Assembly (NCBI RefSeq): GCF_963921235.1
Contig: NC_086107.1
Span: 108,564,001-108,628,000 of the forward strand
Direction: 5' to 3'
DNA: 64,000 nt
Origin: Mobula hypostoma
Lineage: Eukaryota
A program made the translations under genes and the position numbers. A model generated the notes under the pieces. The model saw only the letters and a program-made list of their open reading frames with translations. It made no database searches and was not told the origin of the DNA. This document shows positions 1 through 12,160 of this stretch, in pieces (the stretch's first letter is position 1; each line of letters begins with the position of its first letter).

Positions 1-216
1 TACCCCTAGACAATGATAGAGCTTGATTAATCCTGTTATCTTAATTCTGTGTACATGTGTGTTTATCATTGCTGAACTGTTGCATTTATTATCCTTTTGC
101 TTAGAGTACTGTGTTGCTTGTTTCTTTAATAAAACTTTCTTAGTTCTAGTAATCCAGACTCCAACTGAGTGATCCATTTCTGCTGGTTTAGCAACCCAGT
201 TACGGGGTACGTAACA
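1..216 (+). mobile_element. 3' part of an LTR (Gypsy-like; solo or 3' LTR), cut by the window edge
   Basis: AATAAA near 128 and terminal ...GTAACA at 211-216; no PBS follows. Confidence 0.55.
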
Positions 217-859
217 ATATAAGCAAAAGCATAATAATATTAAGTTCAAGGGGGACCACGATAGATTTATGTAAGGGAAAGAAAGGAAGCAGTTTGTACG
301 TAAATTATCTTTTAGATTTGGGAAATAGCTAGACCTGTTTCTTCCTGGCCGGACCTCTTGCCAATATAAGCCTCTGATCTCTCAGCAAACTTGAGGATAA
401 ATTCTGACCTTGTCCCAAGCCTCTGTTCTGTAGCCATGAATCCACTGAGACAGCACTGGAATTAATTCCCGATTTGCAATGTGAATTACTCACTTACCCA
501 AATATCTTTCGGTGTTTAGTTAAGCTCTGTAAATAAGCACCATCTGTTGACCATGCAAACTGGCATCGATCAACCTCACCAAAGGTTTGCAATGTTTCAG
601 TGCAGTGTTTGACTGAAACTATGCATAAATGTCAAGAGAAGAGCAAAGCCATGGAAGGGAGAGCATCCCCAAGGTGACGATGTTTAGTGAAGAGATTCAC
701 GAGCTCAGGGTCCAAGTGGTTGAGAGCATGGTCACTTATCACAGAGCAGTTAGATTAAGTAATGATCGTACCACTGGAATTGAAGACTGCAGAGACATCA
801 CAGAGCTTTGGTATTGGGGACAACAATCAGGTTTCCTAAAATCTTCATCAGAGTCAACA

Positions 860-960
860 TAAACTCAGTGACTACTTTATTAGGCACCTTCTGTACCTAA
901 TAAGGTGACCACAAAGTGTCTGTGTTGTAGCCCATCCACTTCAGGGTTCAAGGTGATTCA
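860..960 (-). mobile_element. Degenerate Tc1-type MITE end (same family as 20641-21196)
   Basis: ctcagtgactactttattagg...cctaataaggtgaccac palindrome followed by gtagcccatccacttc, the reverse complement of the family's 3' sequence. Confidence 0.6.
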
Positions 961-1004
961 GATGGAACAGCACTGATCTGAACCATTGTCAATAAGTGCC
1001 TACC

Positions 1005-1620
1005 CCCATCACCTAGGAGATGCTCTCTTCTTGCTGCTTCCATCAGGACGAAGGTACAGGAGCCTCAGACCTGACACCACCAGGTTCAGGAACAGCACTA
1101 CCCCTCAAACATCGGGCTCTTGAACCAAAGGGGATAACTTCACTTACCCCACTACTGAAATGATCCCACAGCCTACGGACTCACTTTCAAGAACTCTTCA
1201 CCTCATGTTCTTAATATTTATTGCTTACCTATTTATTATTATTTATTTCTTTTTGTATTTGTGCAGTTTGTTGTCCTTTTGCACACTGGTTGAACACCTA
1301 GTTGTTGCGGTCTCTCATTGATTCTACTATGGTTATGAATTCTACAATTGATTTATTGAGGATTGTTGTTCCTTTTCACTCCTTGTGACGCATCAGCCGG
1401 CATTTTGCCACTTCCATAGTATTTTGTGAGGCCAAGTTGCTGGCTTGACACTCAACCCAGCACAGTTGGAAAGCATACAAGTTGCCAGCCGGATTTGAAC
1501 CTGGGACCATTCACCTCAAAGTCCAGCAAATTTATGGAGTATACCCGCAAGTAAATGAATCTCAGAGTTGTATATGGTGACATATATGTTCTTTGACAAT
1601 AAATTCACTTTGCGCTTTGA
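1005..1620 (+). mobile_element. Rex1/Babar-like LINE 3' fragment
   Basis: Encodes LLPSGRRYRSL-type ORF2 C-terminus plus a 3' tail shared with many copies in the window. Confidence 0.65.
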
Positions 1621-2050
1621 ACAGACCTCTTGTACAATAAGATGGACCCTTGGCCTCATTACGATCTTTAACTTTACCGTTCACCTGCACTGCACTTTGT
1701 TTGGTAGCTTTTACACTTTATTCAGCATTGTTGTGGTTTGTTCGATGCACTGTGTAAGGATCTGATCTGTATAGAGAGTGAGCAAGACAAGCTTTCTACC
1801 GTATCTTGACACGTCACCAGAATAAACCGAATCCCAATATCAATGTGTTATCGCACGGACTTAACCCCCAGAGTGCTTAGACCATGATTAAATAGCAGAG
1901 CAGAGTCAATGGGCCGAATGGCCTACTTCTGCTCCTATGTCTTATGGTCTAAGATAACAAATAGGGTTCAACCATCTACTCTGTCATTCAACTATGTGCT
2001 GATCCAATTCTTCCAGACATCCCCACTCCCCTGCCTTCTCTCGTTGCAAG

Positions 2051-2175
2051 GACGTGGCGGTGGAACGAACCCAAGTGCTCAACAAGGACACGGAGGCCGA
2101 GTCAGGAGGCGCTACAGTCGTAGCGAGCGTGGAATCGGTGTCCAAGAGAGCCTTTACCAGGAGTCTTGGTTTTAG
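2051..2175 (+). CDS. Candidate terminal coding exon of an unidentified host gene (GRGGGTNPSAQQGHGGRVRRRYSRSERGIGVQESLYQESWF*)
   Basis: Not similar to window repeats, CpG-retaining, pyrimidine tract cccctgccttctctcgttgcaag before it, stop TAG 2173-2175; product not recognised. Confidence 0.3.
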
Positions 2176-2899
2176 TAGCAAATTCAGGAATGATGCTAGA
2201 CTTAGAACTGATAGTCCTAAGAACCATGGGACGAGGTCACTCATACACGAGTCAACCAACAAACTGGCAACTCCTTGTTGTGATCACAGGGTCTTTATCC
2301 TACAGTTTCTGATGGGAAGCAGGTGTGTGTAGTTAGTGGAACCTGGGAATGATTGGAAATTAAATGAGGTGATTGAGGCCCAATTCCTGTGGTAAATAGC
2401 AAGGTGGGGGATTGCAGAAGTGACTATGACACTCCCCATACCCTTTGATGCCCTGCTTCTGATGTTTGGAATGTCAGTAGAGGCCAACATGCATTGAATC
2501 ATACAATGTGAAAAAGGCTCCTCTAGCCCACAGAATCTGTGCCAAACACAAAGCAACAATTTCCAAATCATTTGAACAAATCCCATTACGTAGTCTCTCT
2601 TCGCTCCATTCCCATCTGCTCACCCCGGATTCTGCCACCTGCCCACAATCTCGGCACAATTTACAGCAGCCGAGTGACAAACCAACCTGCGTCCTTTGAG
2701 ATGGGGCAAGCCAGGGCACCCGGGAGGACTCTCACGCTGCCATAGTTAGAACACGCAAACATCACACCATCAGGATCAAACAGAGGACGCTGGAGTCGTG
2801 AGACGGCAGTTCAACCAGTTGCGCCAATGCACAACTCATGTCTCTAGGCCACTGCTTAGAACGCACAACAAATGATGAATTACTATTCAGGAAATTGAT

Positions 2900-3200
2900 A
2901 GTCAATTGGCTGGATCCTTTCCAACGCCTACAAATTACTCCCAGCTTCCTACTTCATCCCTCCCTTCCCCACCCACCCACCCACTTTCCCCCTTACATGG
3001 ACTCACCTATCACCTGCCAGCATACACTCTATTCCCTCCCCCCATTTTCTTATTTTGACTTTGTCCCCCTTCCTTTCCAGTCCTGATGAAAGGTCTCGGC
3101 CTGAAACCGAATCTTGTTTTCCTTCCATAGAGACTGCCTGACTTTGTGAGTTCCTCCAGCATCTTATGTGTTTTGCTCAAGTTTTCCACCCTCTGTAGAA
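2900..3200 (+). mobile_element. Penelope-like element 3' end with degraded hammerhead (3078-3106)
   Basis: Pyrimidine-rich tract, cagtc-CTGATGA-aaggtctcggcct-GAAA, then the family tail ctgcctgac...gagttcctccagca. Confidence 0.7.
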
Positions 3201-3594
3201 TCCCTTGGGAATAAAAGTTATTGCTCTACTAGTATTTTTTTTCCAATTTAAAAGACACTTGGAAAGGCACATGGTTAGGAAAGGTTTAGATAGATATAGG
3301 CAAGTGGGACTAGCTTGGTCGGCCTAGATAAACTGGACTAAACGGCCTCTTTTCATGCTGTATGACTCTAAACTACCAAACTTTTCAATGCTCACAAGGT
3401 GGCCTCCTCACACCGGAGATGAAAATTGCGAATAAGAGGAAGGGTCTGCTGATCACCTCCGCCACTTTGATTCTGTGTCTCACTCCTGCTCAGATCTCTC
3501 GGTATGTGACTTTCTGCACTTCCGCAATAAAACTCAATGAAAGCTCAAGGAGAGCATCACATCTTCTGACCAGGTTTGCTACTGCCCTCCTCTT

Positions 3595-3860
3595 ACCTAC
3601 TTAGTGCCTGTTACGCCACTGGCATTTAGGGCACCAACGAAGGTCCTCCATCAGTAGGATTCTTCATTGCTTTTCTGTAACAATTTTTTTGACCATTCAG
3701 GGTTGTTAGCCCTGCTCACCCCTTGGACCTGGAGGACTAGTGGACCATTCTTAGTCTGGCCTCTACCTTTTGACCTGTTTGAAATGGGTGTCTGTAACAA
3801 AAGCCAAAGCACAAGACCCTTACTTCAGCCCTACGACAAAGTTGTAGCCCTCGTGCCTTC
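3595..3860 (-). mobile_element. Non-autonomous RTE (Expander-like) fragment
   Basis: Reverse complement resembles 24266-24670 including the TAAG-type tail. Confidence 0.55.
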
Positions 3861-4049
3861 CTCACTCAACACTAAATTCACCAATTTGAGATAATCAGCA
3901 ATTCCAGTCTTTTGATTGCAGCCTTTCTTGCAAAGTTGAACTCAGACAATTATTCAGTGCACGTACCCCTTCTGAACTTCTGCTATCATGCATCACCGAT
4001 ATCTCCTTCTGTCCTCCCGATCACAGACCTTCCCTTTCTCTCCTTTCTT

Positions 4050-4432
4050 TCTCTGCATTTTGGGATTTTCTCTTTGGAGCGAGGGAAGATGAGAAGTGAC
4101 TTCATAGTGGTGTACAAGATGATAAGAGACGTAAATCGAGTGGATCAAGTCATTTTCCCAAGGCAGAAATGGTGAGTATGAAGGCCATAATTTTAAAGTG
4201 ATTGGAAGAAAGTATAGGAACACATCAGGGGTAAGTTTTTTACATAGAGAGTAAATGCCAGGGGTGGTGGTAGAGGCAGATGCATTAAGGGCTTTTAAGA
4301 AACTCTTAGAAAGAAAAATGGAGGGCTATGTAAAAGGGAAGAGTTAATGTAACCTTAGAGTAGGTGAAATGATCAGCAGAGCACCGTGGGTCAAGAGGTC
4401 TGTACTGTGCATTAACGTTCTACGTTTTATGT
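4050..4432 (+). mobile_element. CR1/HER1-like LINE 3' fragment
   Basis: FSLERGKMRSDFIVVYKMIR motif and CR1-type tail ending in ttctac/ttctatg-like repeats. Confidence 0.75.
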
Positions 4433-4439
4433 TCTCCTG

Positions 4440-5045
4440 AGCCCTTTTGTTGGACAGGTTCAACCATGGATGTTGCGTGCCAGTTGTCTATGTGATATGA
4501 AAGCTCGTACGAAAGCAAGCCCGGGCAGTACACTACGGAGAGCAACCTGTCGCCCGTGCACCAGGCTCCCCCTTTCCACATAGCTGATAAACATAGAGGA
4601 ACGGCGGAGACCGATACAGTTTGACAACAACGGCTTTGCAGGAGTTACCAGTCAGCATAGAACTCAACGCAGGAATGCCTTAGGGACTCCAGCTCCAGAT
4701 TTTTCCCCCAGGGCTTACTCCAGAAGCCTTCCCCATGAGTGGGTATTGCAGCAAGGCAGCGGAGGACTGAGATCAGACTTTTCCTTCTCCTAGATGAGCT
4801 GCCAACCACAGCTGATGAGTCCCATCTGCCCAAAGCAAATGGTATTAAGGCACCAGTACCCCACCTTGCCCCCTTCTCCTGTCAGTAGCAACGGTTCTGC
4901 TGGGCTCAGTAGCTAAGTCACACATGAAGGCCAGGAGCTGGACTTGGTTGTCAGGGGCTATCTGAGGAATATGCCACTGGGAGCATTTAATAGATAGTGG
5001 GAATTTATCCCACTACCTCCCCCTGGTTATGGCAATCTCAAGGAA
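4440..5045 (-). mobile_element. Non-autonomous RTE-type element (family also at 9297, 37913, 39490)
   Basis: Reverse complement aligns by eye with 9297-9880 and 37913-38490. Confidence 0.65.
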
Positions 5046-5094
5046 TGTTCTATATGTTTTAATACATATTCATCATTTCTAACTTACCCTGGTT

Positions 5095-5737
5095 CTTTTT
5101 AAAAAATATTTTATTTATGATTTTCTACAAACTACAGCAAAGAAAAAAAAATCAATAGTGTAAATAGGAGGATCATTGCAATACAGACAAAAATAGCAAT
5201 AATACATATCTTAACAAATGAGCAAGGCACCCATATTAAAAATGAAAAATTAGAAAGGAAAGCACCCAACCCACCCACTATCTAACTCCAAGCCAACCAT
5301 TCTATTATGTATAAATATTTGAAAGGACATTTGAGATAAACTTCTATCACCCCAGAACCATATATTGTAGTAAAAAGAGAAATGAGTAATAATTTTTTAA
5401 AAATCAGCCTGAATCAAAGAATCAAAGAAAGCTGGAAATGCAGGATCTGACTATCAAGGGAAGGAAAAAAAAAATACACCTGTCGGTGAGAAATATGAAA
5501 ATATTCAAGAAAAGGTCCCCACAGCTTATGGAACTTTATGTCCGAATTAAAAAGTGAATAGTAAATCTTTCCAAGATCTAAACAAAACATAATATCCCTA
5601 AGCCATTGAACATGAGTAGAGGGAACTACATCTCTCCACTTGAGGAGTACTGCTCGTCTAGCTAAAAGAGAGGCAAAAGACAATGTTCGTCGTTTAGCTG
5701 GGATCAACTTATCCCAGTTCTGATGAAAAATTAACAT
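5095..5737 (-). mobile_element. L1-clade (fish-type) LINE 3' fragment
   Basis: ORF 5414-5737 FASLLARRAVLLKW...QWLRDIM...LGKI.Y...FHKLWGPFLEY is a typical L1 ORF2 C-terminus; A-rich tail with AATAAA. Confidence 0.8.
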
Positions 5738-6484
5738 GTTTTCTTTGCTCAGAGAATATGGACATACACTGGAAATGACAGCATTTATTGTCCATCCTTA
5801 ATTGTTAGGTGAAGTGACCAGGCAGATGAAGGGTCAAATACACTGGTGGCTTTGACGTCACGTATAGACCAGACCAGATAAGGAGATCAGACTTCCTTCC
5901 TTGAAGGGTATCAATAAACCAGGTGGGTCTGGTAGACCTTACCAAATTTAAATATGGCAGATGTCACTAAACAAAAATAAGGACAGAGAATGCTGAAAAT
6001 CCTTAGCTCTGACAGAAATTCATCAGACTAAAATGTTAACTCTGTTCCTGTCTCGACAGATGCTGCCTGATCTGCTAAGTATCACCAGCATTCTCTGTTT
6101 TTAGCTTCATGACTCATACAAGTATCTTCTTTTAATTCATTTTTTTTTCAAATGCCATATTTGAATTTAAACTTCCCAGTTTTCACAGCTATAGGTTTTT
6201 ACTCTAACCCACTAATTTCACCTTACAGGAACTATGATTTTTCATTCTAATTTCTGGTTTGATTTGATTATTTGAATTCAAGTTCCTAGATGGCTTTGAG
6301 AGATTTGAACTCTTGTCCCTGGATAAATAGTTCAAACTCTTGCTGAGTCTACTAAATTTAAAATTCAAGATTGCTTAATATCATTTCCAGTCCACAAGTA
6401 TAAAGAAGAATAAAATTATTGTTACTCCATTCCAATACACAGCAAAAAGAAACACAATAAGATAAAGAACATTACCACCATCAT

Positions 6485-6782
6485 AATGTACTGAGTGGGC
6501 ACAGGAGTACATTCAGCCAGAGACTCATTCCACCGAGATACATCACAGAGCGTCATAGGAAGTCATTCCTGCCTGTGGCCATCAAACTTTACAACTCCTC
6601 CCTTGGAGGGTCAGACACCCTGAGCCAATAGGCTGGTCCTGGACTTATTTCATAATTTACTGGCATAACTTACATATTACTATTTAATTATTTATGGTTT
6701 TATTACTATTTAATTATTTATGGTGCAACTGTAACGAAAACCAGTTTCCCTCGGGATCAATAAAGTATGACTATGACTATTT
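6485..6782 (+). mobile_element. Young Rex1-like LINE 3' end
   Basis: Near-identical to 8790-9090; (GACTAT)n tail. Confidence 0.75.
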
Positions 6783-7125
6783 TGAGCCGTGTCATACGAC
6801 ATAGGTCAATCATGGTCTCATGACCATGATTGTTCTTGGCAAATTTTTCTACAGAAGTGGTTTGCCATTGCCTTCTTTTCAAGATGGGTGCCCCCACTCA
6901 TTATCAATACTCATCAATGATTGTCTGACTGGCGTCAGTGATCACATAACTCGGACTTGTGATATACACCAATGGACCATCTGCTACCTGCTCCTGTGGC
7001 ATCACGTGACCCTGATCGGGGGCTAAGTAGGTGCTACACCTTGCCCAAGGGTGACCTGCAGGCTAGCGGAGGGAAGGAGAGGCTTACACCTCCTTTGGTA
7101 GAGGTATATCTCCACCCTGCCACCC
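6783..7125 (-). mobile_element. RTE/BovB-like non-autonomous element (family also at 16460, 22828, 29080, 57980, 61515)
   Basis: Reverse complement has gaaggcaatggcaaaccacttctgtagaaaaatttgccaagaacaatcatgg, resembling BovB-type ends. Confidence 0.6.
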
Positions 7126-7729
7126 ACAAGATAAAGAATTTAATAATAAATAAAACACAATAAATATAAGTGCATAAAGTGACAAGCCGTAGTGCGTTAG
7201 GCCTGTTTCACAAGCACCTGTATTTAGTAACTGGTGTCCTAACTAGAGGTGTTAAATCCTTGTGTTTTCTGTCTAATCTTGTCAAGTTAATTGTGACTGG
7301 ATGGGCTGTCCACATTCTATGATTATTGAATGTGGACTCCTGTTTAGCGCTCATTGCGGGGTCCTTGTGTTGAGAGTGATTTGTCTCGCGGTGTTGCTGG
7401 GTTGAGCCACTGATGTTCTACTGGAATTCCAATGTATAACCTTGTGTTTCTATCTCTACATGGGAGCTGCCGTTTCTCCGCACCCAGGTTCGATTGTTGC
7501 CAGCGTGCACCGTGAGAGTGATGTTGGGTATAGGCCTGCGTGTGCACAAAGTGACTGACGGGAAATGATAAAGTAATGGTGCTGGGGGGGGTGTGGTCTT
7601 TGGAGGGATGAGTTAGTGGGCAGATGTTTTGATCAGCCTTACTGCTTGGGGAAAGTAATTATTTTTGAGTCTGGTGGTCTTAGCGTGGATGCTATGTTTT
7701 CTCTTCCCTGACGGGAGTGGGACAAACAG

Positions 7730-8062
7730 CGACAGAGTACAGCACAGAAACAGGCCCATCAGCTCATCTAGTCTGTGCCAAAAACATTTAAACTGCCTAC
7801 TCCCATTGTCCTGCACCTGGACCATAGCCCTCCTTACCCCTACCATCCATGTACCTTTCCAAACCTCTCTTAAATGTTGAAATTGAGTTCGCATACACCA
7901 CTTGCGCATACAGCTCATCCCACACTTTCATGGCCCTCTGAGTGAAGAAATTTCCCATAAGCATTTCACCTTTCACCCTTAAGCCCTGACCTCTGGTTGT
8001 GGTTTCACCCAGCCTAAGTGGAAAAAGCCTGCTTGCACTTACCCTCATAATTTTGTATACAT
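7730..8062 (-). mobile_element. CR1-like LINE 3' fragment
   Basis: LFPLR...TRGQGLRVKG...FFTQRAMKVW motif. Confidence 0.75.
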
Positions 8063-8619
8063 GAGTCTGCGAGCACAATGTTACCACAGGCTCTGCTTTC
8101 TGCTACACAGATACTGCTTGACATGCTGAGCATTTTCAATACCTTCAGTTTCTATTTGAGACTTCCAGCATCTCTAGGGTTTTGCGTTGTGTTTGAGTTA
8201 TTATCGTTCACTTTACTCGCGAGTCAAACATGAGGGAATCCAATTTTTAAAAGACCAGTAGTTATTAGAAACACAGATGTTTACAACAGTGTAAAAACTA
8301 TTGAACTAATCCAAAAACAATTCCAATTCATCAACCTCAGTCTTTCTCCAGTTGTAATGTTTAATCAATGTTTTTCTGAGGTTGCAGTGGTCAATGCTTC
8401 AACTGTTCACACCAAATACGCACAGCCCTTGGGTAAAATGATTCATCTGAACTCTTCTTCCTTTTCACTCTGTGGCACTTATAACTTGATGATATCCATC
8501 AATACACTCCTTAACCCAATAAAATCACCCTTTGGATTTGTTCTTTTATCTTTTTTATTTAGAGATACAACACGGTAACAGGCCCTTCTGGCCCAATGAG
8601 CCTGCACCGCCCAATGACG

Positions 8620-9093
8620 TGCTGGGGCAGCAGGCTGAGGGTAGCAGACACCAACAGAATCAACAAACTCATTCGTAAGGCCGGTGATGTTGTGGGGATG
8701 GAACTGGACTCTCTGACGGTGGTGTCTGAAAAGAGGATGCTGTCCAAGTTGCATGCCATCTTGGACAATGTCTCCCATCCACTAAATAATGTACTGGTTG
8801 GGCACAGGAGTACATTCAGCCAGAGACTCATTCCACCGAGATGCAACACAGAGCGTCATAGGAAGTCATTCCTGCCTGTGGCCATCAAACTTTACAACTC
8901 CTCCCATGGAGGGTCAGACACCCTGAGCCAATAGGCTGGTCCTGGACTTATTTCATAATTTACTGGCATAATTTACATATTACTATTTAACTATTTATGG
9001 TTCTATTACTATTTATTATTTATGGAGCAACTGTAATGAAAACCAATTTCCCCCAGGATCAATAAAGTATGACTATGACTATGACTGTGACTA
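8620..9093 (+). mobile_element. Rex1/Babar-like LINE 3' fragment inserted in an HE1-type SINE
   Basis: ORF2 C-terminus RINKLIRKAG...ILDNVSHPL...CNTERHRKSFLPVAIKLYN; (GACTAT)n tail; SINE pieces on both sides. Confidence 0.8.
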
Positions 9094-9094
9094 T

Positions 9095-9295
9095 AACGCC
9101 CATGTGACTAATTTACCAACCAACTCACAACTTACTGACTCTAACCTTACACGTTTGGACTGTGGGAGGAAACCAGAGCACCTGGAGAAAACCCACGGGG
9201 TCATGGGGAGAATACAAACTCCTTACGGGCAGTGGCGGGGGGAATTGAACCAGGGTTGCTGGTACTGTAATGGTGTTATACCAACCACTGTGCTG
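9095..9295 (-). mobile_element. HE1-like V-SINE (many other copies, e.g. near 10985, 16760, 26140, 27465, 29400, 38490, 45080)
   Basis: V-domain-like gtgggtttcctccaggtgctctggtttcctcccacagtccaaa on the minus strand. Confidence 0.75.
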
Positions 9296-9296
9296 T

Positions 9297-9880
9297 TTCC
9301 TAACGGTTGTTATGGCCGGGGGTGGTAATGGGACAAGCTCCCACTACCTATTAAATGCTCCCAATGGTGTTCACCTTAAATAGCCTCTGACAGCCAAGTC
9401 CAGCTCCTGGCCTTCACATGTGGCTTTAGCTCCTAAGCCCTGTGGAACCGTTTCTACTGACTGGAGAAGGGGCAAAGGCGGGTCACTGGCGTCATCAAAC
9501 CAGTCACTTCAGGCAGATAGATCTTGTCAGCCATGGTTTGCAACTCATCTAGGAGAAGGAAAATTCTGTTCTCAAGCCTCCACTGCCTTGTGGTTATGCT
9601 CATGAGGAAGCTCCAGGAGTAAACCCCAAGGGAAAAATCCAGAGCTGGAGTCCCAGAGGCAGTCCTACATTGAGTTCAACGCTGACTGGCAACTTCTGCG
9701 ATGCTCCTGGTGCTAAACTGCATTGGTCTCTGCCATTCCTCTGGGTTCATCAGATGCGTGGAGGGGGAGATTGCTACATGGGCAACAGCTTGCTCCTCGT
9801 TTGTATTGAACCTAAATTAGCATATCCAGACAGTTAGAACACAAAAATGATGGTCGACCCTGAGTAAAGGAGGCCTCAGA
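9297..9880 (+). mobile_element. Non-autonomous RTE-type element with structured 5' region
   Basis: Shares sequence with 37913-38490; its 3' part is shared with the tRNA-SINE tails at 36741 and 37484. Confidence 0.65.
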
Positions 9881-10169
9881 ACCACTATGCTACCATGTCA
9901 TCCTTCTTCCCTTTCACTCTGTGAAACTGAGAAGCTGGTGATTTCCAGCAATACTACCTTCAACCCAATAAAATACCCCTTTGGATTCAATCTGCTAAGG
10001 TTTGTCATGATGTTAAAATTCTCTTCAAATTTTCTGGACAAGTTGGGGTAACACAGTAACTCAGCCAGCTGAGGTAACACACGCACACAATTCTAAGTTA
10101 ACAAGTCTTGACTCCCTGATCTGATCTGACTACAGCAGCCTGGGTCACATGTCCGTGGTGCTAAAATAC

Positions 10170-10955
10170 AATCTTGGAACAGAGGCGAATCATCACAAAT
10201 GCTCTCCCACAAACATCGGCAGGAAATGTCCACATTACACGATTTGTACCAGCAGGCCAACCTCCAGAGCACCACATAACATCAAAAGATGTAAGCACTC
10301 TGCAGGTTGCTCGGGATTGGAAAATGGATGTGGAATTGGAAAGAAAGCTTGTGTTTCCCCCAGACACTGCGGCAACAACATTCCAGCCAGACATGGTCCT
10401 GTGGTCCACAACAGCCAAGCTGGCGTATGTTGTGGAATTGACAGTACCATGGGAAGATGGTGTCAAAGAAGCTTATGAGAGGAAAAAGACCAAGTACTCT
10501 GAACTGGCAACTGAAGCTGCCCAGAATGGCTGGAAGACCAAGATTTTCCTTGTAGAAGTGAGATGCAGGGGATTCATTGCTACATCTACAACCAGTCTAT
10601 TGAAGAAGATGGGGGTGAGAGGTCACTCCCTCCAACAAGCAATCAAGTCCTTGTCAAATGCTGCAGAAGAAAGCAGCAATTGGATTTGGATTAAAAGGAA
10701 AGACAACAACTGGGCTGCAAGATGAAGACGGGAGGGTATAGAACTGAGGGGGGTGTATCTGGGACGCCAGGTAGCACCGTTGAGCCCTCTGGAGACGTCA
10801 TGGGCTTATCAACGAAACATCAAAAGAGGAGGGTGCCCACCGGATGACCCCAATGACGTACCTACCCTCCCTCCTTGTCACCACTCCAAACCCACTGCCA
10901 ACATCGAGAGTGCCGACTTACCCTAGGGATTGAAACATCAAGTCCTAGTAGCTCT
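10170..10955 (+). mobile_element. 5'-truncated RLE-encoding non-LTR retrotransposon (HERO/NeSL-like); restriction-like endonuclease ORF 10174-10725
   Basis: PDMVLWS...VVELTVPWE...AYERKKTKY...GWKT..FLVEVRCRGF is the PD-(D/E)xK RLE signature of early-branching LINEs; 183 open codons. Confidence 0.85.
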
Positions 10956-11100
10956 ACTGACATTGACCACATGCCAAGTCATATAACCTCACTACATTGT
11001 TGCTTTCCACTGCAGTCTGGGAGGAGTTTGTACGTTTGTACGTTTTCCCCGTGAACACGTGGGTTTCCCCAGATGCTCTGGTGGTTTCCTCCCATATCCT

Positions 11101-11777
11101 GGGAGGAGAAGATGGCGGCGCGATGCAGCGCACGCAGCCTCTCCAGTGAAATGATATCGTATTTGTTAAATAGGGGGGCGTGCACAATTCTGATTTGATG
11201 GAGACATACGTGAGAAGCACGGAGGAACACCTGGAGAAACTTCTGAAATGCCCGGTTTGCTGCCGCTGCTACTGTGCGATCGAGAATCTCCAGAGGGAAG
11301 GCCCCAAATCGTCGGCTTTGCCTGTTGCTGGCGGCCAGGGCTGGGGTCGAAGCGCTCGGCAGAGATGGTACTCGGTGTTCGGCGTCGGAGAGCTGGTCAG
11401 AGGCTCCAAGTTTTCAGACGACTCAGAGTCGGACTGTGGTCGGGTGCTTCCAGGATGCTGCATCGGCAAGTTTGCAGCGCTGGAAGCTCGTGGCAGGGAG
11501 AGTTTCTTCCTTCTACCATCTGCGTGAGATCATGGGATTTTCAAGAGACTTTGAACTTTTTTTACCGTGCCAATGGCCCGTTCTTCTATCAAGTTACGGT
11601 ATTGCTTGCACTGTTGTAACTATATGTTATAATTATGTGGTTTTTGTCAGTTTTTCCATCTTGGTTTGTCTTGTGTTTCTGTGATATCACACCAGAGGAA
11701 CATTGTATCATTTCTTAATGCATGCATCACTAAATAACAATAAAAGAGGACTGCATGTCCTCATAATCTAATCTAAT
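11101..11777 (+). mobile_element. About 650-bp non-autonomous retroelement with GC-rich 5' end and (TAATC)n tail
   Basis: Three similar copies (11101, 17033, 54008); starts ggagaagatggcggcg; splits an HE1 SINE. Confidence 0.75.
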
Positions 11778-11889
11778 ATTCCAAAGATGTCCCAGTTAGT
11801 GGGTTAATTGGGCAGCACGGGTTCGTTGGGCCAAAGGGCCTGTTACCATGCTGCATCTCTAAAATAAACCAACCTAAACTAATAATGAA

Positions 11890-12160
11890 CACAATAAACT
11901 CTGCAGATGCTGGAAATCCAAAGCAACGCACACAAAGTGCTGGAGGAACTCAGGAGGTCAGGCTGCCATCTATGGAAATGAATAAACAGTCGACGTTTCG
12001 GGCCAAGACCCTTCCTCCAGACTGGAAAGTAAAGGGGAAGGGGCCAGGATAAAAAGGTGGGGCGGGGAAGGGGGCTAGTTGGAAGGTGATAGGTGTAGTC
12101 AGGTGGGTGGGAAAGGTCAAGGACTGAAGAAGAAGGAATCTGATAGGAGAGGAGAGCACA
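11890..12160 (-). mobile_element. Penelope-like 3' end; hammerhead with mutated CUGA core but intact GAAACGUC
   Basis: Reverse complement ccagtctggaggaagggtcttggcccgaaacgtcgactg (about 11987-12025). Confidence 0.75.

Noticed and set aside
8460..10086. Paralogous NPKG(D/Y)FIGL peptides as duplicated cytokine-like exons
   Set aside because: Context (FNIMTNLSRLNPKGYF, ttttacccaagggctgtg = FTQRAV-like) fits decayed CR1-type ORF2 ends
10812..10851. Type-II hammerhead in the HERO 3' UTR (GAAAC ... cggATGA)
   Set aside because: Core C3U4 is not matched and the stem II strands do not pair; the pseudoknot model fits better
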